Source: Candidatus Ancaeobacter aquaticus (lineage in GTDB: Bacteria > Auribacterota > Ancaeobacteria > Ancaeobacterales > Ancaeobacteraceae). From it: a stretch of DNA of 60,881 nt. Positions 8,594 to 16,557 of this stretch are shown piece after piece. The stretch spans positions 1 through 60,881 of the forward strand of contig JAVCCP010000060.1 of assembly GCA_030765405.1 (NCBI GenBank), read 5' to 3'. Position 1 is the first letter of the stretch. Every line of letters starts with the position of its first letter. The notes beneath the pieces were generated by a model. The model was not told the DNA's origin, searched no databases, and saw only the letters and a program-made list of their open reading frames with translations. The translations under genes and the position numbers were made by a program.

Positions 8594-11500
8594 TTAATTC
8601 AAAGCAGGCAATCGCACAATAAATACCGTACCTTTACCAACATTACTTTTAACGGTAATTGTCCCGCCGTGATTTTTCACTATAGTATTCGTAACTGAAA
8701 GACCGAGCCCAACACCTTTTCCCGGTCGTTTCGTTGTAAAAAACGGATCAAATATCTTATCCAGACTTTCTTTCTTGATACCACTGCCCGTATCTGAAAA
8801 AACTAATTCTATATACTTTCTCTTTCCTTCCACAATAACCCGCGTGCAAATAGTAAATATACTTCTTTCTGACATCGCATCACAGGCATTATTTATAATA
8901 TTTAACACCACCTGCTGCAATTTACTGGTATCCCCTTGCACTCGAGGCATACTTTTACAATATTGTTTTTTTATTTTAATTCCTTTTATTTGTAATTGAT
9001 GCGAGCTAAAACTTAAGGTGGTATCAATAATTTTATTACAATCCACCTTGCTTTGCGCACCTTTTGATTGCCTGACAAACGCATTCAGGTCACGGATTAT
9101 CTGCGACATATGTTCGCATGCGTTTTCCATTAGCTTTAAATCTTTATATTCTTCAGAACCCTTATTCTTTTCGTTCATGTACGCTCTTAGAAGGCCAAGG
9201 ACACCGGTAAGTGGACTATTTAATTCATGGGCAACACCCGCCCCAAGCTGTCCAAGCGCTGCAACTTTCTTTGTTTCTATAAGCTGATCTTGCGTTTCTT
9301 TGACCTTTCTGTACGCTTTATACAGTTCCTTCGCCTTTAGCTTCGCTACTTTTGCAGCTGTCACTGTTTCTATGAGCTGCTTATCTTTTTTCTCCAGTTC
9401 AAGACGCTCCGTAACATCTCTGAAGAATCCTACCAGATAGTCATGAGTCCCTATATTCACTACCGTACCTGTCACATCGGCATAAAATACCGTACCGTTT
9501 TTTCTTTTTACCGGAACATTTGGTGCTGATGTTGTTTCACTGCGGACCATTTTTTCGAACTGATTAATAACATACGGCAGGTCTTTCTTTGGATGCAAGT
9601 CTTTTACAGATGTCTTTAATAGTTCATTTTTCGCATACCCGGTCATACTGCACATTGCCTGATTAACGTCAATGTGCTTCTTGCTTGCCATATCAGCGAC
9701 AACAATGCCCTCTCCGGCACAGTCGAAGAGCGCCCTAAAACGTTCTTCAGAGTCCCGCAACGCGTCTTCAGCCTCTTTTTGTTCTGTTATATCCCTGAAA
9801 AAACCTACCATATATTCATTATTGAGAATGGACATAACGGCTCCAGTTACATCAGCATAAAATGTCTTTTTGTTTTTCTTCAATACAAGCAGGTTTCTGG
9901 CAATATTTATCTCTCCTGTAGACAGTTTTTCGAACTGTTCCAGCATATACGGCCCATCAACCTTAGAGTGAATGTCCGTAACTTTCATTTTGCTTAACTC
10001 TGCGGCAGAATATCCCAGCATTGTGCATATCATTTTATTTGCGGCAATAAACTTGTGTGTTTTTGCGTTTGCAATAAGGATACCTTCTACAGCGCTGTCA
10101 AAAAGTGTTCTAAAACGCAATTCTGACTCCCTCACTGCTTTCTGCGCTTCTTTTTCCTCTGAAATGTCACGGACCGTCGCCTGCAGCATTCCTTTTTCTT
10201 TATAATCCATCCGCGTCAAGAGCACCGTTGCATAGAATTCTTTCCCGTTCAATCTTTTATGTGTCCATTCAAAGAAATGTGATCCTTTCTTAAGCGCAAT
10301 TGACATCATTTTCTGGGCTTTTATAGAAGATAACTGACCGTCAGGCTGATATTCTGACGATAATGTCGAGGGATGTTGTTTGGTGAATTCTTTTTCATCC
10401 TTACAGGAAAAGATTTCGATCGTTGACTGATTTCCCGACAGAAATCCTTTTTCCGGCGTGAGCGTCATGATCGCATCACGTGAAGAATTAAAAAGTGTTT
10501 TATAGCGTATTTCACTGTCAATTAATGCTTTTTCTGATTCTTTACGGAATGTTATGTCCCTCACAATAGCGATCATATATTCTTTATCAAGCACGGTATA
10601 ACTGACATTGTTCTCTACAGGAAATTCTGTCCTGTTTTTGCGTGTATGGATCCCCTCTATTATCATCGAAGGTTGATTTAGCATTTGTTTTCTCAACGAC
10701 TTTAGCGCTTTTAGCGAAGGAATCGTTCGGGGAGTAACGTCCATGACTCTTTTCTTTAGAAGCTCATCTCGCGAGTACCCCAAGGATCTGCACGCTTCTT
10801 TATTGACATCATAAAATTCAGCGGTACTTGGATTTATTATAAATACAGAGTCATTAGATTGATCAAGAAGATTTTTGAAGAGCAGAAGTTTCTCTTCAGC
10901 TTTTTTTCTGAACGTTATATCTTCAAAACTCTCAATACCGCCTATTACCGTACCGTTTTCATCTCGATAGACATCAACATTTTTTGCTATTGTTAGAAGC
11001 TCGCCATCTTTTCTTTTTATAATACATTCTTTTCCATAGATCGGTTTTTTTATTTTATCATTTAAGAGGGCACACTCTTCTTTGCAGGGGTAATAGGTAA
11101 AATAAGTACACTTTTTTCCAACAACTTCAGAAGCGCTGTATCCGGTAATCTCATGTGCTCTTCTATTCCACGATTGCACCTTTTTATCCAGCCCAACCGT
11201 AAATATTGCGCTTGGGGTAACATTGTATAACTGTTCAGCATGCGCTTTTTCTCTTCTCAATTCATTTTCTGCGTGCACCTGTTTTGTTATATCTTCAACC
11301 AACTCAATCGCAGCAATGACGGACCCTTTCTCATCTTTTATGGCTGAAGATACAACACGGTAATGACGCATACCTTTGGCGGTCGGTGTATCAGAAATCG
11401 CTTCGTGAACTTTCCCGTCCTTGAGCGTTTTATGCGTCGGACAGAAAGAACAGATATGTTTTCTGGGCGGAACATTAAACCCCTCGTAACATAGAGGTCT

Positions 11501-12061
11501 TTTTGCGACATTTACTTTCGGAAACCACTTTTTCATCTGAGCATTCAGCGTCAGGATCTCCATCTCGGGACTTATGACGGAAACACCAATACCGATATTT
11601 TCAACCACATTTCTGAATTTCTGCTCTGATTCCCTTAACTCATTTTCTATCTGTCTCTGTTTGGTTATATCATTGACGATAGTAACAAATCCTAGTATTT
11701 GCCCCTTCTTTACTATGGGCATTCTTTCTGTCTCAATAAAATATTCCCTACCTTTGATTCTCAGGTGTTCCTTTCGAATTATGCATTTCTTATTTCTGAG
11801 CATTTGACCATATTCGTCGAACACCTTTTTGGGGAGAAATGGAAATACTTCAAATAGAGTTTTCCCGATTGGACTACCGGATAAAAGACCAATCTTCCTG
11901 TTATATTTCAAAAATGCACTACTTATGAACTGTATCCTATGATGAGTATCCGTAATGTGGAACATGATCGGAATTACGTGGATGACATCTTGAGCAAACC
12001 AATTGGGATGTGCTGTCTTATCTTTCTTTGCCGGTTTTTGTTGCGAAGATCGTTTTACCAT
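8594..12061 (-). CDS. Cytoplasmic multi-PAS sensor histidine kinase (about 7 PAS domains)
   Basis: Repeated PAS/PAC units ending in DIT/DVT; H-box AHELNSPL; N, G1, F and G2 boxes; no TM segment. Confidence 0.92.
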   Translation of the reverse strand: MVKRSSQQKPAKKDKTAHPNWFAQDVIHVIPIMFHITDTHHRIQFISSAFLKYNRKIGLLSGSPIGKTLFEVFPFLPKKVFDEYGQMLRNKKCIIRKEHLRIKGREYFIETERMPIVKKGQILGFVTIVNDITKQRQIENELRESEQKFRNVVENIGIGVSVISPEMEILTLNAQMKKWFPKVNVAKRPLCYEGFNVPPRKHICSFCPTHKTLKDGKVHEAISDTPTAKGMRHYRVVSSAIKDEKGSVIAAIELVEDITKQVHAENELRREKAHAEQLYNVTPSAIFTVGLDKKVQSWNRRAHEITGYSASEVVGKKCTYFTYYPCKEECALLNDKIKKPIYGKECIIKRKDGELLTIAKNVDVYRDENGTVIGGIESFEDITFRKKAEEKLLLFKNLLDQSNDSVFIINPSTAEFYDVNKEACRSLGYSRDELLKKRVMDVTPRTIPSLKALKSLRKQMLNQPSMIIEGIHTRKNRTEFPVENNVSYTVLDKEYMIAIVRDITFRKESEKALIDSEIRYKTLFNSSRDAIMTLTPEKGFLSGNQSTIEIFSCKDEKEFTKQHPSTLSSEYQPDGQLSSIKAQKMMSIALKKGSHFFEWTHKRLNGKEFYATVLLTRMDYKEKGMLQATVRDISEEKEAQKAVRESELRFRTLFDSAVEGILIANAKTHKFIAANKMICTMLGYSAAELSKMKVTDIHSKVDGPYMLEQFEKLSTGEINIARNLLVLKKNKKTFYADVTGAVMSILNNEYMVGFFRDITEQKEAEDALRDSEERFRALFDCAGEGIVVADMASKKHIDVNQAMCSMTGYAKNELLKTSVKDLHPKKDLPYVINQFEKMVRSETTSAPNVPVKRKNGTVFYADVTGTVVNIGTHDYLVGFFRDVTERLELEKKDKQLIETVTAAKVAKLKAKELYKAYRKVKETQDQLIETKKVAALGQLGAGVAHELNSPLTGVLGLLRAYMNEKNKGSEEYKDLKLMENACEHMSQIIRDLNAFVRQSKGAQSKVDCNKIIDTTLSFSSHQLQIKGIKIKKQYCKSMPRVQGDTSKLQQVVLNIINNACDAMSERSIFTICTRVIVEGKRKYIELVFSDTGSGIKKESLDKIFDPFFTTKRPGKGVGLGLSVTNTIVKNHGGTITVKSNVGKGTVFIVRLPALN

Positions 12062-12071
12062 AGTAGCTCTT

Positions 12072-13109
12072 TTACTTTTTATACTGTTTCCGTATATGAT
12101 CTATGCGGGGAACCACACCACGCATCAAGCGCCCGAGTATATCTGCACCGGTAATAATTCTTTTTTCTTCAAGCCAGTATAAAATCAGATCATTATCGAT
12201 AACATCGTCTTCCGCATGTTCTTTATGCACCTTAAGCTTTTTTATCACATCGCCTAATTTCATTTGTAATGATTTTACAATTATCGGCCGGTGACAATAC
12301 CGGTACGGATTAGGTCGATCTTTTTCATACATCGCATGACGTAAAAAACCGTCTGCGTCCAAACACATGAGAGGCTCATTCTCTTCGGTTGTAATAATAA
12401 CCCATTTCTCTTCTGAGGCATGTATTTTCTGTAAAAATGGATCATTATGTGATTTTTTAAATTCAGGAAAACTCGGTAACCCGTCAACATCAGGAAGACT
12501 TATAATACTCTCTGGGTTAATAAATTCCCCTTCCTGCGATGTAAATATATCATCTAATGCGAGGAAATTAATTGCGCCAACACCTTCCATATGACTGATG
12601 TCAGATGACTCTGCCTGAGCATGTTTTTTTATTAATATTTTTAACTCTTCTTCCTCAAAGTAATCGATACCTTCTTTACCTAATAGTTTATCCAGTAAAA
12701 TAGCAGTCGGTCTCGCAACAGGATAGAGAAGTATTTGATAGAAACGAACCATAGGGACAAGAAGCGCTCCAACTCTCAGTGCATGCCGGGTAAGATATGC
12801 CTGCGGCATGATCTCACCAAAAATAGTGATGACAAACGTTGAGAAAAGAAACGCCCATACACCGGTAAGCACTGAATCAGTAAATAATGTCAAGAGTACG
12901 TTAGCGCTAACATTGCCCCAAAGCAAGGTGCTCAGCAAAAAGTTTGAGTCTTTACGCAGTTGCATTATTTTTATTGCTTCAGGATCTTTTGCTTCAGTCT
13001 CAACTTCAAGCTTTAATCTGCTTAATCCAAAAAAACCTATGGTAAGACCAGAAAACATTGCTGATTGAGATAAACAAACAAAAATCCCAATCCATAACAT
13101 TATCGTCAT
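12072..13109 (-). CDS. DUF21/CNNM-domain membrane protein
   Basis: SAMFSGLTIGFFGL, LLSTLLWGNV and FGEIMPQA motifs. Confidence 0.85.
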   Translation of the reverse strand: MTIMLWIGIFVCLSQSAMFSGLTIGFFGLSRLKLEVETEAKDPEAIKIMQLRKDSNFLLSTLLWGNVSANVLLTLFTDSVLTGVWAFLFSTFVITIFGEIMPQAYLTRHALRVGALLVPMVRFYQILLYPVARPTAILLDKLLGKEGIDYFEEEELKILIKKHAQAESSDISHMEGVGAINFLALDDIFTSQEGEFINPESIISLPDVDGLPSFPEFKKSHNDPFLQKIHASEEKWVIITTEENEPLMCLDADGFLRHAMYEKDRPNPYRYCHRPIIVKSLQMKLGDVIKKLKVHKEHAEDDVIDNDLILYWLEEKRIITGADILGRLMRGVVPRIDHIRKQYKK

Positions 13110-13139
13110 ATATTTCTCTTTCCCTAAATACTTACATTA

Positions 13140-13352
13140 CTATTTTAGCCCAACAGCTTTTTCCCACTCAGTTATGGTCATATCAAGCATGTTTTTAGCT
13201 TTCATATTCTTTGGGATAGCGTTTTGTGCAAGCACAACATACGGAGTACACACTATCGCGCACCCGACATATCCTTCAGGAATCCACTCAGTTCTGTATC
13301 CGACAAAAATCTCTTTATATTTAACATTATTGTCATCTCCGCATCGTATATT
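13140..13352 (-). pseudogene. Start-less 70-codon frame, probable 3' remnant of an unidentified gene
   Basis: Manual translation ...KYKEIFVGYRTEWIPEGYVGCAIVCTPYVV...EWEKAVGLK*; protein-like composition, no start codon near the beginning of the frame. Confidence 0.35.
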
Positions 13353-13411
13353 CTATTTCATTAACAGGAATCTATCAAACAAATTAATAGTATTGTTATA
13401 CCAATGCGATA

Positions 13412-13549
13412 ATGTCCTCTTTTACCAAAGTTAATATTAATATAGAGGGCACTGGAGCAGCTATCCCTGAACCATCAACATTGCTTATACTTTTACCGTT
13501 TGGACTATATTTATATTTGAGAAAAAGAAAAGCCATCATCAAAGACTAA
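13412..13549 (+). pseudogene. Orphan PEP-CTERM C-terminal sorting tail
   Basis: Manual translation ...IPEPSTLLILLPFGLYLYLRKRKAIIKD*; no signal peptide or passenger domain. Confidence 0.7.
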
Positions 13550-13637
13550 GCTTAAATAGTATAACCAGAAGTTCTTGGCAATCGATTGATTAAGATTTAA
13601 GAAATAGAAGTATTTTTGGTTCTTCGATCAACATGTT

Positions 13638-14513
13638 TTATAGTCCCCGCATATATTCGTTTCGTAAGTCTATCTTTCCACTCAACGCATCATCAATAAG
13701 AGTAACGAAGTTACCTTTATCATGAGGGAACCGTCCTTCAATGGGTAAATAATTTGACGCGTGATTAGTGCGAAATATTGTTTTCTCTAATTCTAAGCCG
13801 GATATTATGTCTCGCGTTTCCCGTAACAATTCCTGCGCATTTAATTCTTCAAACTCTCCGGTTTTCATTTGGCCATAAAGAGATGTGCCCGGAACAAGCA
13901 TGACAGACAAAAACGAAAGATACCGCGGCTGCATTTTATTTAATGCGATTATGGTATCTCTCGCATGTTGGTTAGAATATTTTTTTCCTCCTAAACCCAA
14001 AAGAACAATTACTGAAGATTTTATTTGTGCATCGTTTGCTTTTTTTACCGCTTCAATCATTTCATTTGCCGTTGATTTCTTTTTACAGCGACTTAGAATT
14101 TCCTGATTACCGCTTTCTAGTCCAATATATATTAACCTTAATTTATTATCATATAATTCCTTTAATTCTTCGCTACTTCTTTCAGTAATATTATATCCGT
14201 TAGCATAACTTGCAATTCGTGTTGTTTTAGGAAACACTTCGTGGATTTTCTTTAAGATAGGCACAAGAACATTATTACCTACAACTAATACATCTCCATC
14301 TATCAAAAACACTCTTCGCGTATTCTTATATCTTTTACCACCTTTTTCAATGTCGGAGTAAATTTCATTAAGTGGTTTTAGATGAAATGGTTTTCCAAGG
14401 TATGCACCACAAAAAGTACATGTATTTGATGAACACCCTGTTGTTACCTGGAGAAGAAAACTATCCGCTTCTGCAGGAGGTCTTATGATCGGTTCTATTA
14501 ATGCCATACACAT
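13638..14513 (-). CDS. Radical SAM protein
   Basis: IIRPPAEADS, GCSSNTCTFC, GLESG and NHASNYL motifs. Confidence 0.88.
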   Translation of the reverse strand: MCMALIEPIIRPPAEADSFLLQVTTGCSSNTCTFCGAYLGKPFHLKPLNEIYSDIEKGGKRYKNTRRVFLIDGDVLVVGNNVLVPILKKIHEVFPKTTRIASYANGYNITERSSEELKELYDNKLRLIYIGLESGNQEILSRCKKKSTANEMIEAVKKANDAQIKSSVIVLLGLGGKKYSNQHARDTIIALNKMQPRYLSFLSVMLVPGTSLYGQMKTGEFEELNAQELLRETRDIISGLELEKTIFRTNHASNYLPIEGRFPHDKGNFVTLIDDALSGKIDLRNEYMRGL

Positions 14514-14536
14514 CCTTTTCTGCTATTGTACCATAA

Positions 14537-14571
14537 AAAAAGAGTCGGGAAATTAATTCCCGACTCTTTTT
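14537..14571. terminator. Intrinsic terminator (perfect 15-bp arms) downstream of the histone-like gene
   Basis: AAAAAGAGTCGGGAA-attaa-TTCCCGACTCTTTTT. Confidence 0.85.
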
Positions 14572-14593
14572 CACATCTATGTAAATCAACTAC

Positions 14594-14800
14594 TTACTTT
14601 TTTTTCTTTGCTGCCGGTTTCTTTTTCGCTACAACTTTTTTCTTTGCTACCGGTTTCTTTTTCGCCACAACTTTTTTCTTCGCTGCAGGTTTTTTCTTTA
14701 CTGCTGGTTTCTTTTTCGCTACAACTTTTTTCTTTACGACTTTTTTCGCTACAACTTTTTTCTTCGCTGCAGGTTTTTTCTTTGCCTTTGCCTTTGCCAT
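14594..14800 (-). CDS. Histone H1-like Lys/Ala-rich repeat protein
   Basis: 68 aa of KKKPA/AKKKV/VAKKK pentapeptides; GGAGG RBS; own promoter and terminator. Confidence 0.8.
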   Translation of the reverse strand: MAKAKAKKKPAAKKKVVAKKVVKKKVVAKKKPAVKKKPAAKKKVVAKKKPVAKKKVVAKKKPAAKKKK

Positions 14801-14857
14801 TATAACCTCCTTTATTTGGTTAATGGTTAAAAGGTATTTCCTTTTCCTTCAAAATAC

Positions 14858-14886
14858 ATTTTAGCATTGTTACGTATTTTTGTAAA
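14858..14886 (-). promoter_or_regulatory. Sigma70-type promoter of the histone-like gene
   Basis: TTTACA-17-TAAAAT with extended -10 TG. Confidence 0.55.
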
Positions 14887-14962
14887 TAAATATTAACTTT
14901 TTTTGTTTTTATAAAAATATTTTTTGTTTGCAAAATTATTTTTGAAATATTTCTATTATTTT

Positions 14963-16540
14963 TTAGAATGTTACGCCAACACGAAACGTTAATGCTAACG
15001 CATTTGGCGTTTCGCCTGTTCCGCCGGGACGAATAATAAACTGCGCATCAGGCTGCACAAACATCCAGTCGTTAACCATAACACGATACGTGAAGTCTAT
15101 TGAGATTTCATACGCACGCGGCGTAAGACCAATGTCGCGATCATGATCTCTCAAATCACTACTCCATTTTCCGTACGCAATGTTTACTCCGGCAAGATCG
15201 TGATCGCGTGAAGGAATAAGACCACGATATATCACGCCTGCATCAATAAATAAAGGAAACTTGTTTGTGTCCCCAGGTGCGAGCGTTAAAACTGCAAACG
15301 GATAAAGCCCTTGATAATTGTGCGGTCCACCTTCACGATAAATCATCTGATCGACATGTATATACATTCCGTAATGTCCCTTATGTTCAGCAGCAGGTAA
15401 GGAAGATAGCGCATACGACCCCCCTTTTACATCACGATAAAAATCTTTTGCTGAACCCGTATGCCAGTACCCGCATAATTTATAATGTCCCGGTAATCCT
15501 TTTGCTCCTTTTTCCGTGTTCGGATTATAGCTGAGCTCCTGAAGAAAAAGAATTCCGCGATGAAGCCTCAATGAAAAATCCATACCGTGCGCACTTAATC
15601 TTCCGACATTCGGGTCACCGTTATAAATACCGCTTAATGATTGTATGTTTTTTGTTACATGCACTTTTGCTCTCGCTCCCCATGTTGCAGTAGGATAAGT
15701 TGAAAACGGAAAGTTAATCGGTACAGCGATAGGGTTTCCATCTATTGCATTACTCACAAATATCCAGTAAAGCGGTGATGACGCAAAATCGTCTCCTGCT
15801 GCTAAACGGCCAACTTTTACATTTACTTTTTCATCAAACATATCCTGTTCAAAATAGAGCGAATATAACCGCACTTGTTCGCTGCCAAAAATACTTGATA
15901 CCGTAAATGTATTACCGATAACATCACTTGAAAGGTTTCGCCCCGCACGATAGATTCCTGACACGTGAAACTGCAATCCTTTTAATTGCAATATTTTTTC
16001 GAGATCAGCATTAAAGTCCGCTCCGATCGAATGATTATACCGCGCACCTTTCATTCTACCGCCAACAACATTTGAATTCATGTCACCAACATAACTTGAA
16101 AGAACAGTAATACCATCTTTCTTGAGCTTGTCCCGAGCGCCCCACCAGTTCCCTGTCATATTCTTCCACTCAAACGCAGGGGTGGTTACCGGGTTGAACC
16201 ACGGTGACGCGTCTTGTTTTATGTTCGGCACCGTAGGAGACCAGATGAATTCATAATCATCCTCCGCCGGTTTTTCAGCGTCAACACCGTCTATCGAATC
16301 ATTTACCGCCTCATTCACACCGGTTAATTTGTTCGGCATGGTCTCATCAGAAGCGCTGTCAAATATGTCCTGCATTGTCTCGCTTCCCGTATCCTCTTTT
16401 TGTTTCTGAGTATCTACGTGATCACACGCTTCCACAGGACTTTCTTGTGGCTCATATTTTACATCTGCGGATACTCCAGATACTGATACACCTATAAAGC
16501 ATATGCCCACAAACATCGCACCCAATACATATTTTTTCAT
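14963..16540 (-). CDS. Carbohydrate-selective porin, OprB family
   Basis: Signal peptide; MTGNWWGARDKL; GRLAAGDDF; C-terminal YRV..NDWMFVQPDAQF..F. Confidence 0.9.
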   Translation of the reverse strand: MKKYVLGAMFVGICFIGVSVSGVSADVKYEPQESPVEACDHVDTQKQKEDTGSETMQDIFDSASDETMPNKLTGVNEAVNDSIDGVDAEKPAEDDYEFIWSPTVPNIKQDASPWFNPVTTPAFEWKNMTGNWWGARDKLKKDGITVLSSYVGDMNSNVVGGRMKGARYNHSIGADFNADLEKILQLKGLQFHVSGIYRAGRNLSSDVIGNTFTVSSIFGSEQVRLYSLYFEQDMFDEKVNVKVGRLAAGDDFASSPLYWIFVSNAIDGNPIAVPINFPFSTYPTATWGARAKVHVTKNIQSLSGIYNGDPNVGRLSAHGMDFSLRLHRGILFLQELSYNPNTEKGAKGLPGHYKLCGYWHTGSAKDFYRDVKGGSYALSSLPAAEHKGHYGMYIHVDQMIYREGGPHNYQGLYPFAVLTLAPGDTNKFPLFIDAGVIYRGLIPSRDHDLAGVNIAYGKWSSDLRDHDRDIGLTPRAYEISIDFTYRVMVNDWMFVQPDAQFIIRPGGTGETPNALALTFRVGVTF

Positions 16541-16557
16541 TTATGATTCCTCCTGTT

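Noticed and set aside
13174..13434. 86-aa plus-strand ORF from the track
   Set aside because: No recognisable features; overlaps a more protein-like minus-strand remnant
14594..14800. 15/30-nt DNA repeats as a CRISPR-like array
   Set aside because: Contiguous coding repeats with no unique spacers
14526..14864. Phe-rich plus-strand ORFs (112 and 65 aa)
   Set aside because: Antisense shadows of the Lys-repeat gene, which has the RBS, promoter and terminator
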